Shown: one piece after another, positions 24,179-32,000 of the stretch
Layout of the letters: every line of letters begins with the position of its first letter
Numbering within the stretch: the stretch's first letter is position 1
Notes under the pieces: model-generated
Database searches by the model: none
Told to the model about the DNA's origin: nothing
Seen by the model: only the letters and a program-made list of their open reading frames with translations
Position numbers and translations under genes: made by a program
Assembly (NCBI RefSeq): GCF_017876815.1
Contig: NZ_JAGIOS010000001.1
Coordinates: 2,040,001-2,072,000, forward strand
Direction: 5' to 3'
Origin: Sinorhizobium meliloti
Lineage (GTDB): Bacteria > Pseudomonadota > Alphaproteobacteria > Rhizobiales > Rhizobiaceae
Length of the DNA stretch: 32,000 nt

Positions 24179-25678
24179 TTACAGCTGCCCGTGTGCCGGC
24201 GCGGCTCGCATCAGCCGCCGCATCCGGTCAAAGTCTTCGTTCATCGGACGATCGTCGCGATAGGCGGGGATCGCCGAGCGTATGTGCCCGTAAAGGGCAG
24301 CGGTGCGTTGCGCCTTGCCCTGCGCTTGCGGCTGCAGCTCATAGGCCTGTGCGGCCGCAAGCAGTTCGATCGCCAGTATCCGCTCGAGATTGTCGACGAT
24401 CGAGAGCGCTTTCCAGGCGGCTGGTGTCGCATGGGTGAGCATGTCTTCCTGAAGCGCGGAGGTGATGCCGCCGTCGAGACTTGCGGGTGCCGCGAGCCGC
24501 CGGTTTTCCGCTACGAGCGCGGCAGCCGTGTACTGCGCGATCATGAAACCCGAGGAAACGCCGCTATCTCCGGCGAGGAAGGCAGGGAGACCGCTCACCA
24601 GAGGGTTCACCAGCCGGTCGATGCGGCGCTCGGAAATTGCTGCGACTTCCGCCACTGCGACGGCGAGGCTGTCCATTGCAAGGCCAAGCGCGGCACCGAC
24701 GGCATGGGCCTGCGAATGCACCTCGGGTGCCTCCGGCGAACCGGCAACGGCCGGGTTGTCGGTAACGCTTGCGAGTTCGCGGTCGACGATTTCGGCCACC
24801 TGGCCGAAAGCGTCGCGGGCGGCGCCATGCACCTGCGGTACGGCCCTGAGACTGAGCGGATCCTGGGTGCGGGTGCCGGCCGTACCTGCGAGCATCGGGC
24901 TATCCGCCAGCCAGTCGCGCAGACCCTCGCCGACCGCGCTCAGGCCAGGGGATTGCCGCAGTGCCAAGGGCAACTCGGCAAAGGCATTGGCTTGGCTGCC
25001 GAGGTTTTCGTAAGTCATCGCCGCGGCCGCATCCGCCCAGGCGAAGAGCCTTTCCGTGCGTGCGAGCGCCAGCGCCGCCAGACCGGTGGCGCATGGGGTC
25101 CCGTTGACGAGGCTCAGGCCTTCCTTCGCTTCGAGCCGCAAGGGCGCAAGCCCCAGACGGGCGAGGGCATCGGCGCCGCTCAGTCTTTCCGTCCCCTGCA
25201 TGGCCGAGCCGTGACCGATCAGCACGAGGCCGATCGCGGCGGCATGGGTTAGATATCCGACCGAGCCCCGCGACGGAATGAGAGGGATGATGTCGGCATT
25301 GAGCAGCGCCAGGAGCATTTCGGCCGTCTCGACCCGCACGCCGGAATAGCCGTGGGTGAGGTTGGCTATCTGTGCTGCCATGACGGCCCGGGCTTCCACT
25401 CGACCGAGCGGATCTCCGACGCCGCAAGCGTGGCTCAGGATGATGTTGCGCGAGAGCGCCTGCTGGTTCTCACGGCTGATGATGACATCGCATAGCGCGC
25501 CAACGCCGGTGTTGATGCCATAACCGCGGATGCCGCGCTCCACCAATGCGTCGACGATCCGGCGGGCCTGGGCGATCCGCAGGCGCGCCGGTCCGGACAG
25601 GTCCAGAGAGGCGCCCTCGGCGATCGAAGCGATCTCGCGCCAGGTAAGCGGTCCATCGAGCGAAATCATCTCACCCAT
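24179..25678 (-). CDS. Histidine ammonia-lyase family protein lacking the Ala-Ser-Gly MIO motif
   Basis: The start ATG at 25678 overlaps the hutV stop (ATGGGTGA). HAL-family blocks are present: YGINTGVGAL, LSHACGVG, KEGLSLVNGT, QDPLSLRAVPQVHGA, VTDNPAV, SSGFMIAQYTAAALVAENR, QEDMLTHA. Where HALs read GSVGASGDLAPLAH this protein reads GSVGYLTHAA. Confidence 0.85.
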   Translation of the reverse strand: MGEMISLDGPLTWREIASIAEGASLDLSGPARLRIAQARRIVDALVERGIRGYGINTGVGALCDVIISRENQQALSRNIILSHACGVGDPLGRVEARAVMAAQIANLTHGYSGVRVETAEMLLALLNADIIPLIPSRGSVGYLTHAAAIGLVLIGHGSAMQGTERLSGADALARLGLAPLRLEAKEGLSLVNGTPCATGLAALALARTERLFAWADAAAAMTYENLGSQANAFAELPLALRQSPGLSAVGEGLRDWLADSPMLAGTAGTRTQDPLSLRAVPQVHGAARDAFGQVAEIVDRELASVTDNPAVAGSPEAPEVHSQAHAVGAALGLAMDSLAVAVAEVAAISERRIDRLVNPLVSGLPAFLAGDSGVSSGFMIAQYTAAALVAENRRLAAPASLDGGITSALQEDMLTHATPAAWKALSIVDNLERILAIELLAAAQAYELQPQAQGKAQRTAALYGHIRSAIPAYRDDRPMNEDFDRMRRLMRAAPAHGQL

Positions 25679-26498
25679 GGGTCTGCGGCCTTTCGTGCCG
25701 GCGCTGGACGAACCGGGCAACATAGTCGTTGGCAGGGTTATCGAGAATATCGTTCGGTGTGCCGACCTGAACGACCTGACCATCCCTCAGGATCGCGATC
25801 TCCGACCCGATGCGCAGGGCCTCGTCGAGATCATGGGTGATGAAGACGATGGTCTTTGCAAGATTCCGCTGGAGTTGCAGCAACTGGTCCTGCATGTCGC
25901 CGCGGATCAGTGGGTCAAGGGCACTGAACGCCTCGTCCATCAGGATCACATCCGTGTCGGCAGCGAGCGCTCGTGCAAGGCCGACGCGCTGCTTCATGCC
26001 GCCCGAGAGCTGATGAGGAAATTTCGCGTCGTAGCCGGAGAGGCCCACAGTATCGATCCATTTCATGCCGATTTCGCGGGCATCGTCCTTCGACACGCCG
26101 CGCACGCGCTGGCCGTAGACGACATTCTGGAGCACGGTCCGACGCGGCATCAGGGCAAAGCTCTGGAAGACCATGCTGACGCGCCGCATGCGGAAGGCGC
26201 GCAGCGCCTTCGCACCGAGGTCGAGGATATTGTCGCCGTCGAAGAGGACCTCGCCGCTCGTCGGTTCGATCAGCCGGTTGATGTGGCGCACCAGCGTCGA
26301 CTTGCCCGACCCGGAAAGCCCCATGATCACGAAGATCTTTCCGGCGCCGATCTTCAGGCTGACATCGTTGAGGCCCACGGTGCAGCCGGACCTGGACAGG
26401 ATGTCGGCTTTATCGAGCCCGTCCTCGACCATGGTTAGCGCCTTCTTCGCGTCATGCCCGAAGATCTTGTAGACGTTCCGGATCTCTATATCAGCCAT
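25671..26498 (-). CDS. hutV: ABC transporter ATPase, ProV/OpuAA-like without CBS tail (HutV-like)
   Basis: Walker A is GLSGSGKST, the signature is LSGGMKQR, and Walker B is ILMDEAFSALD. The symbol is assigned by analogy to the S. meliloti hutXWV histidine/betaine importer. Confidence 0.8.
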   Translation of the reverse strand: MADIEIRNVYKIFGHDAKKALTMVEDGLDKADILSRSGCTVGLNDVSLKIGAGKIFVIMGLSGSGKSTLVRHINRLIEPTSGEVLFDGDNILDLGAKALRAFRMRRVSMVFQSFALMPRRTVLQNVVYGQRVRGVSKDDAREIGMKWIDTVGLSGYDAKFPHQLSGGMKQRVGLARALAADTDVILMDEAFSALDPLIRGDMQDQLLQLQRNLAKTIVFITHDLDEALRIGSEIAILRDGQVVQVGTPNDILDNPANDYVARFVQRRHERPQTHG

Positions 26499-27348
26499 TG
26501 CGGGCGTCCTCCGTCCGGGGCTTGCCGAAGCCTTGCGTGATGCGGTCGAGCACGACCGCGAGAATGACGATGCCGATGCCGGCCTCGAGGCCCTTGCCGA
26601 CGTCGAGCGTCTGAATGCCGTTCAGCACCTGTTCGCCGAGGCCGCGTGCGCCGATCATCGAGGCGACGACGACCATCGACAGCGCCATCATGATCGTCTG
26701 GTTGAGGCCGGCCATGATCGTCGGCGTCGCAAGGGGCAGTTCGACGCCGAAGAGAATCTGTCCCGGGCTGCCGCCGAACGCCGTCGCAGCTTCGACGACT
26801 TCCGCATCGACCTGGCGGATGCCGAGATCGGTGAGCCGGATCAGCGGCGGGACGGCGTAGATAATGGTCGCGAGAATTGCCGGGACCTTGCCGAGCCCGA
26901 AGAGCATCAGCGCCGGGATGAGATAGACGAAGCTCGGCATGGTCTGCATGACATCGAGCACCGGCAGAGTGATGTTGCGGACGACGCGGCTCTTCGCGAC
27001 GAGAATCCCCATGGGCACGCCGATCACCACCGAGACGATGGTCGCCATCAGCATCAGGGCGAGCGTCTGCATCGTCAGATCCCAGAGTCCGAGGACGCCG
27101 ACGGTAACCAGCAACGCGCCTACGGCCAGCGTCAGCGACCAGCGCCGCGAACTCCGCCAGGCAAGCGCCATGAAGGCGAGAATGACGAGCCACCAGGGCA
27201 GGCCGCGCAGGATCCATTCGATGAACAGAACGGCCTTCAGGATGACGCCGCTGATCGCCTTGAAGACCCAGCCATAATTGGTGACGAGGGCCTGGATGAA
27301 GTCGTTCACCGGCGCGCGGATCGAGAGATTGAGAGAGTCCGGAAACAT
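26491..27348 (-). CDS. hutW: ABC transporter permease, ProW/OpuAB-like (HutW-like)
   Basis: It is a multi-TM protein with an EAA-like loop (EAATAFGGSPGQILFGVELPLA). Its end overlaps the hutV start by 8 nt. Confidence 0.8.
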   Translation of the reverse strand: MFPDSLNLSIRAPVNDFIQALVTNYGWVFKAISGVILKAVLFIEWILRGLPWWLVILAFMALAWRSSRRWSLTLAVGALLVTVGVLGLWDLTMQTLALMLMATIVSVVIGVPMGILVAKSRVVRNITLPVLDVMQTMPSFVYLIPALMLFGLGKVPAILATIIYAVPPLIRLTDLGIRQVDAEVVEAATAFGGSPGQILFGVELPLATPTIMAGLNQTIMMALSMVVVASMIGARGLGEQVLNGIQTLDVGKGLEAGIGIVILAVVLDRITQGFGKPRTEDARNG

Positions 27349-27429
27349 CGGATATCGTTCCTTGTTCAGGTGGGAGGCGGGAAGCCAAGACCCTCCTGGC
27401 CCGGGGAAGCAGCCTTTCGCCTACGATCG

Positions 27430-27457
27430 CAGCGCCCCGCCTGGTGGCGGGGCGCTG
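27430..27457 (-). other. Intercistronic 12-bp perfect GC-rich stem-loop between the binding-protein and permease genes
   Basis: CAGCGCCCCGCC (27430-41), a 4-nt loop, then GGCGGGGCGCTG (27446-57). No T-run follows. Confidence 0.6.
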
Positions 27458-27484
27458 GCGATTGCCGGCCGGAAAGGGCCACCG

Positions 27485-28525
27485 TTACTTGAGACCGGCT
27501 TCGATCTTGCCGCGCGCCTCGTCCGAGACCCACTTGCTCCAGATGTCGCCTTTGGTTTTCAGGAATTCGGCGGCAGCCGCCGTGGCGTCGACCTTGTTGT
27601 CGGCCATATAGGCGAGGCTGGCGTTGACCTCATCGAGCGGGAATGTTGCCTTTTCCAGGATCTCGACGATTTCCGGAGCTTCGGAAGCGAAGGTGCTGTT
27701 CACGCCATAGGCCACGTCGACGGAGGGAAAGGCGCAGCCTTCGTCGCGTTTGCCGTTGGCGCTGCTCAGTTCTTTCCAGCAGGCTTCGTTATAGGCCGGC
27801 TCTTCGAGCTGGATCAGCTTGAATTTCCCCAGGATCGCGGTCGGCGACCAGTAATAGAAGAGGATCGGCTCGCCCTGGAGATAGGCAGAGGTAATCGCCG
27901 CGTCGAGCGCTGTCCCCGTTCCGGGGCGGAAGTTCACATAGGTCTCACCGAGCTTGTAGGCCTCGAGCTTGGCGGTGCTCACGCCCTCGCAGGTCCAGCC
28001 GGAGGGGCAGTTGAGGAAGCGGCCTTTGGATGGCTCTTCCGGATCGGCGAAAATCTCGGCGATCTTCGGATCGGTAAGCTGTGATACGCTTTTCAGATCC
28101 GGCGCCTTGGCTTCGATATTGCGAGCGGGATCGCCGTGGACGACGTAGTCCGGCACGAACCAGCCTTCGCTGGCGCCTACGAAGGTCTTGCCGACTGCAA
28201 TCACCTTCTTTTCTTCCACCGCCTTGTTCCAGACGTCCGAACGGCCGAGCCATTCCTCGGCGAAAATCTGCACGTCGTTGTTGGCGGTTGCCTGTTCGAG
28301 AGTCACGGAATTGCCGGGGATCGAGTCGACCTGGCAGTCGTATCCCTTGGAAAGGATCGTTTTCATGACCTCGGTGATGAAGGCGCCGCTTTCCCAGTCG
28401 ATGCCGGCGAAGGTCACGGTCTTGCCGTCGCCGCAATAGGAAGCATTGGCGCCGCTGGCGGAAGCCGCCAGCATCAGGCCGGCGGCAGCGAAGGTGAGTC
28501 TCATTGTGCTGATCGACATGCGCAT
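27485..28525 (-). CDS. hutX: Periplasmic substrate-binding protein, glycine-betaine/ProX (OpuAC) family (HutX-like)
   Basis: The signal peptide is MRLTFAAAGLMLAASASGANA. The mature part (TFAGIDWESGAFITEVMKTILSKGYDC ...WLGRSDVWNKA...) resembles ProX-type binders with aromatic-box Trp residues. The start may instead be the third codon (28519). Confidence 0.8.
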   Translation of the reverse strand: MRMSISTMRLTFAAAGLMLAASASGANASYCGDGKTVTFAGIDWESGAFITEVMKTILSKGYDCQVDSIPGNSVTLEQATANNDVQIFAEEWLGRSDVWNKAVEEKKVIAVGKTFVGASEGWFVPDYVVHGDPARNIEAKAPDLKSVSQLTDPKIAEIFADPEEPSKGRFLNCPSGWTCEGVSTAKLEAYKLGETYVNFRPGTGTALDAAITSAYLQGEPILFYYWSPTAILGKFKLIQLEEPAYNEACWKELSSANGKRDEGCAFPSVDVAYGVNSTFASEAPEIVEILEKATFPLDEVNASLAYMADNKVDATAAAAEFLKTKGDIWSKWVSDEARGKIEAGLK

Positions 28526-28556
28526 TCCCCTTTTTTAAATTGCGATTCTTCGATTG

Positions 28557-29942
28557 CTATTTGAGCTTGTTCAGAACGCGCGCGAAGGCGCGGTCGATGT
28601 CTTCCTCCCGGTCATGCCGTCCATTGCGGATCTTCCATTCGCCCGCGATCATGACGTCGCGAACCGTATCCCCGCCGAGTGCGAAGAGCCAGCGGTCGAG
28701 GATCTGGTTGCCGCTTGCCGCGGCGATATAGGGATTGGAGCCGTCGAGAACGACGAGGTCGGCCATGGCGCCGACGCGGATGCCCGGCTCTTCCATTCCG
28801 GCCGCTTGTCCGGCCGCTTGGGCGCCGCCCGCAAGCGCCGCATCGAAGATTGACCTGCCGACGGAGGCGCCGGGCGCGGCGAGCCGGTTGCGCCTGCGGT
28901 CGCGCAGGCGCTGGCCGTATTCGAGGAGCCGAAGCTCTTCCGCGACGCTCGTCGCGACATGGCTGTCGGTCCCGACCCCGAAGCGGCCGCCTGCGGCAAC
29001 AAAGTCGACCGCGGGAAAAATTCCGTCGCCGAGATTGGCCTCGGTCGCGGGGCAAAGGCCGGCGACCGCTCCCGAATGGGCGAGCCGTCTCGTCTCGTCG
29101 GGCGTCATGTGCGTCGCGTGGATCGCGCACCAGCGCTCGTCCACCGGCATGTTGTCGAGGAGCCATTCGACCGGGCGCCGGCCGCTCCAGGCCAGGCAAT
29201 CTTCCACTTCGCGGGGTTGCTCGGCGACATGGATGTGGATGGGGCCGGTGAGGGGCGACGATTGCAGGATCTCGCGCATTTCCTCCGGCGTCGCCGCCCG
29301 CAGCGAATGGATGGCATAGCCAAGCCTCGCGCCTGTCGCATTGCAAGCGGGCGAGAGCCGCTCGAGCAGCGCGAGGAAGCGGTCCGGATCATGAAGGAAG
29401 GGGCGCTGCCCCGCGCTCGGCGCAGCTCCGCCGAAATTGGCATGGGCGTAGAAGACCGGCAGATGGGTGAGGCCGATGCCGGTCGTCTGCGCGGCCCTTA
29501 GTATCCGCAGCGACATTTCCGCCGGGTCCGCGTAAGGCGTGCCGTCGAGCTGATGATGAAGGTAGTGGAATTCGACGACACGCCCGAAGCCGCCCTTCAG
29601 CATTTCCACATAGAGCTTGGCGGCGATCGCCTCGAGATCGTCCGGGTCGACCAGACCGACGGTGCGATACATCTCCTCCCGCCAGGTCCAGAAGCTGTCG
29701 TCGCCTGTTCCGGCCACTTCCGCAAGGCCGGCCATCGCACGCTGGAAGGCGTGGGAATGCAGGTTGGCCATCGCCGGCACAATGGGTCCGGATAGATGCT
29801 CGTCGCCCGGCGCCTTCGATTGCCCTGCTTCCACCGCGAGAATGCGTCCCGCCGCGTCGACGGAGATCGCGACGTTCTCGGACCAACCGGTCGGCAGCAG
29901 CGCCTGTTCGGCAAACAGTCGATGGGCGGACGAAGCTGTCAT
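28557..29942 (-). CDS. hutF: Formimidoylglutamate deiminase HutF (amidohydrolase superfamily)
   Basis: The metal-binding motif is NLHSHAFQRAMAGLAE. Also present are HIHVAEQPREVEDC and GTDSHV. The 461-aa length is typical of HutF. Confidence 0.85.
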   Translation of the reverse strand: MTASSAHRLFAEQALLPTGWSENVAISVDAAGRILAVEAGQSKAPGDEHLSGPIVPAMANLHSHAFQRAMAGLAEVAGTGDDSFWTWREEMYRTVGLVDPDDLEAIAAKLYVEMLKGGFGRVVEFHYLHHQLDGTPYADPAEMSLRILRAAQTTGIGLTHLPVFYAHANFGGAAPSAGQRPFLHDPDRFLALLERLSPACNATGARLGYAIHSLRAATPEEMREILQSSPLTGPIHIHVAEQPREVEDCLAWSGRRPVEWLLDNMPVDERWCAIHATHMTPDETRRLAHSGAVAGLCPATEANLGDGIFPAVDFVAAGGRFGVGTDSHVATSVAEELRLLEYGQRLRDRRRNRLAAPGASVGRSIFDAALAGGAQAAGQAAGMEEPGIRVGAMADLVVLDGSNPYIAAASGNQILDRWLFALGGDTVRDVMIAGEWKIRNGRHDREEDIDRAFARVLNKLK

Positions 29943-29949
29943 GAGAGCC

Positions 29950-29976
29950 GTTCCTGTACGTGGTTGTATATGGAAC
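29950..29976. promoter_or_regulatory. Candidate HutC operator in the divergent hutF-hutC intergenic region
   Basis: GTTCC-TGTACGTGGTTGTATAT-GGAAC has 5-bp outer inverted repeats enclosing two TGTA motifs, in an AT-rich spacer. GntR/HutC operators typically contain GT/TA/AC-type half-sites. Confidence 0.25.
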
Positions 29977-30070
29977 TATAGATATTTTGTTGTGGCGCGC
30001 AAGTTGGAAATAAAGGAAAACAATCGCTGATTTGCCGGGCCGGCGGCGCCCGGCCGCAACGGAGCATCGC

Positions 30071-30814
30071 ATGGCGGTATTGGGGCGCAAGAGCGACAGG
30101 GCGGTTTTCGACGACGGGCCGGTACCGCGCTATGAGGCGGTCAAGCAGTTCATCCGCAGCCGCATCGAAAGCGGCGAATGGCCGCCGCACCATCGCGTAC
30201 CGTCCGAAAACGATATCGTCGCCGATCTCGGCGTCAGCCGGATGACCGCCAATCGCGCACTTCGCGAACTGGCGAGCGAGGGTGCGATCACGCGGGTCCA
30301 GGGAGTAGGGTCCTTCGTGGCTGCCCACAAGGGCAGTACGGCCCTTCTCGAGGTGCGCAATATCGCCGACGAGATTCGCGAGCGCGGACACAGGCATACC
30401 TCGCGGATCACGCTGCTTGAGGAGGAGCAGGCAAGCACCGAGGTCGCGGAGGCGCTCGGGCTTGCGGCGAAAGCGCGGGTCTTTCACTCGATCATCGTCC
30501 ACGCGGAGGACGACGTTCCGATCCAGATCGAGGATCGTTTCGTCAATCCCGCAATCTGCCCCAATTACCTGGAACAGGATTTTACGAGCATGACCCCGAA
30601 CGTCTATCTGACGTTGGTGGCGCCGATCACGCGGACGGAGCAGATCGTCGAAGCCGTTCTGCCGAAGCCGTGGGAATGCAAGCTCCTTTCGATCGGGCGC
30701 GGCGAACCGTGCCTGATGATCCGTCGACGGACCTGGTCGGAAGCTGCAAATGTAACGGTCGCGTGGCTCACCTATCCGGGCACGCGCTATCGTCTGGAAG
30801 GTGTTTCGCAGTAA
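30071..30814 (+). CDS. hutC: Histidine utilization repressor HutC (GntR family, UTRA effector domain)
   Basis: GGAG lies 6 nt before ATG 30071. The wHTH is PRYEAVKQFIRSRIESGEWPPHHRVPSENDIVADLGVSRMTANRALRELASEGAITRVQGVGSFVA, followed by a UTRA-like C-terminal domain. Confidence 0.85.
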   Translation: MAVLGRKSDRAVFDDGPVPRYEAVKQFIRSRIESGEWPPHHRVPSENDIVADLGVSRMTANRALRELASEGAITRVQGVGSFVAAHKGSTALLEVRNIADEIRERGHRHTSRITLLEEEQASTEVAEALGLAAKARVFHSIIVHAEDDVPIQIEDRFVNPAICPNYLEQDFTSMTPNVYLTLVAPITRTEQIVEAVLPKPWECKLLSIGRGEPCLMIRRRTWSEAANVTVAWLTYPGTRYRLEGVSQ

Positions 30815-30844
30815 GAACGACACCATCGCAGAGACGGGAAGGAA

Positions 30845-32000
30845 ATGATGGAAGACGAATTGCTGAAGCGCCGCACGCAGCTTGCGAGGCCGGACGTGTC
30901 GATCGAAGAGGCGCAGGCAATCCTGGCCCAACATTACGGCCTTTCCGGCGATCTCACCGAACTCGGCAGCCAGCAGGACCGCAACTACCGCGTCGACACA
31001 AGCGAGGGGCCTTTTGTCCTGAAGATCGCGAGAGCCGAATATGCGCGGGTTGAGATCGAAGCCCAGAATGCCGCGTTGCGGCATGTCGCTACCAGGCCCG
31101 ATGCTCCCAAAGTGCCCGAAGTGGTGTCCGCCCTGAGCGGCGAGGAAATCGTTACCGCAGCCGTTCGCGAGGAAACCTATCAGTTCCGCTTGCTCACCTA
31201 TCTGGACGGCACGCCTCTGACGCGCCGCAGGCACCTGGCCGTGGAAACCGTGGCGGCACTCGGCGATGTTGCAGGCCGGTTGGCGGTCGCACTCAGGGAT
31301 TTCGATCATCCGGGGCTCGAGCGGGAGTTGCAATGGGACCTCAGAAGGGCAGGGCCGGTGGCGCTTCACCTGCTTTCGGCCATGAGCGACGTCGATCTGC
31401 GCAAGCGCATTGCCGAGGCGATGGTCGGCGCCATGCGCAGGGTTCAGCCGCTGATGCCGGACCTGCGCCTGCAGGCGATCCATCAGGACGTCACCGACGA
31501 CAATGTCGTGAGCCGCGCGGACAGGAGCGGGCGCCTCATCCCGGACGGCGTCATCGATTTCGGCGACGTGCTGAAAGGGTGGGTGGTCGCCGATCTTGCC
31601 GTTACCTGCGCATCGCTGCTGCATCATGCGGGCGGTGATCCCTTCCAGATCCTGCCGGCGGTGAAGGCGTTCCATGCCGTCTGCCCTTTGACGGATGCCG
31701 AATTGAAGGCGCTCTGGCCGCTGATCGTCGCGCGTGCCTGCGTTCTCGTGGCAAGCACGGCGCAGCAGCTCGAGGTCGATCCGGAAAATGCCTATGTCGA
31801 AGGCAATGCCGCGCATGAGCGGGAAATCTTCGACGTTGCGGTTTCCGTCCCTCTCGATCTCATGGAGCATGCGATCGGAGAGGCTGTGGAGCGGTCGCCG
31901 CAGCTTTCTCCGCCCGGGATGGGCCGCCGGCTGCTGCCCGAGCTCGACCCTTCGGAAATCGGCATCGTCGATCTCTCCTCGCTCGGCCCGCACCTTCCTG
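30845..32000 (+). CDS. Aminoglycoside-phosphotransferase (APH/hydroxylysine-kinase-like) domain protein; 3' end outside window
   Basis: My own translation from GGAAGGAA-ATGATG gives MMEDELLKRRTQLARPDVSIEEAQAILAQHYGLSGDLTELGSQQDRNYRV... The catalytic loop is IHQDVTDDNVV. The frame stays open to the window end. It is absent from the ORF track because no stop is reached. Confidence 0.7.
   Translation, partial: MMEDELLKRRTQLARPDVSIEEAQAILAQHYGLSGDLTELGSQQDRNYRVDTSEGPFVLKIARAEYARVEIEAQNAALRHVATRPDAPKVPEVVSALSGEEIVTAAVREETYQFRLLTYLDGTPLTRRRHLAVETVAALGDVAGRLAVALRDFDHPGLERELQWDLRRAGPVALHLLSAMSDVDLRKRIAEAMVGAMRRVQPLMPDLRLQAIHQDVTDDNVVSRADRSGRLIPDGVIDFGDVLKGWVVADLAVTCASLLHHAGGDPFQILPAVKAFHAVCPLTDAELKALWPLIVARACVLVASTAQQLEVDPENAYVEGNAAHEREIFDVAVSVPLDLMEHAIGEAVERSPQLSPPGMGRRLLPELDPSEIGIVDLSSLGPHLP

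Noticed and set aside
23368-28084. Plus-strand ORFs 23368-24438, 24191-25252, 25530-26438, 26533-27492 and 27278-28084 opposite the hut operon
   Set aside because: Each overlaps a minus-strand gene with unambiguous family motifs (permease, HAL-like, ABC ATPase, permease, SBP). Their products are dominated by Arg, Asp, Gly and His with no motifs.
29939-31993. 684-aa minus-strand ORF, the longest ORF in this part of the track
   Set aside because: It lies antisense to hutC and to the APH-domain gene, both of which have recognisable motifs and good RBSs on the plus strand. The product is Arg-rich and low-complexity, so it is a shadow ORF.

Overview
High-GC alphaproteobacterial chromosome segment, probably Rhizobiaceae judging by gene content and intergenic repeat families. 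It falls into four blocks. (1) 1-11.5 kb is the right arm of a siphovirus-type prophage whose left part lies outside the window. It runs tail chaperone fragment, tape measure, three small tail-tip proteins in RcGTA g12-g14-like order, a J-like host-specificity protein and three fibre/spike genes including a beta-helix depolymerase. These are followed by a lysis cassette (GH108 endolysin with a C-terminal membrane anchor, overlapping spanin pair, small 2-TM holin-like protein) and a terminal membrane coiled-coil gene. (2) 11.9-18.9 kb is the conserved CtrA cell-cycle neighbourhood: chpT, an orphan receiver, ctrA, a FliJ-like gene, a GNAT gene, sciP, a LuxR solo, mnmA and tRNA-Met(CAU). (3) 18.9-22.2 kb is an AT-richer islet of seven small membrane, secreted or unknown ORFs interleaved with mosaic intergenic repeats, including a 57-bp tandem triplication. 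(4) 22.2-32 kb is a hut-like locus: hutF, a ProU/betaine-type ABC importer (hutXWV-like), a histidine ammonia-lyase paralogue, a YjiH-type permease and hutD on the minus strand. Divergent from these are hutC and a 3'-truncated APH-family kinase gene. The most interesting observation is that the lyase paralogue lacks exactly the Ala-Ser-Gly tripeptide that forms the MIO cofactor. Together with its betaine-type transporter this suggests a lyase for N-trimethylated histidines (hercynine or ergothioneine) rather than a histidase. I saw no CRISPR array, integrase, transposase or recognisable defence system. Many long ORFs in the track are antisense shadows of GC-rich genes.
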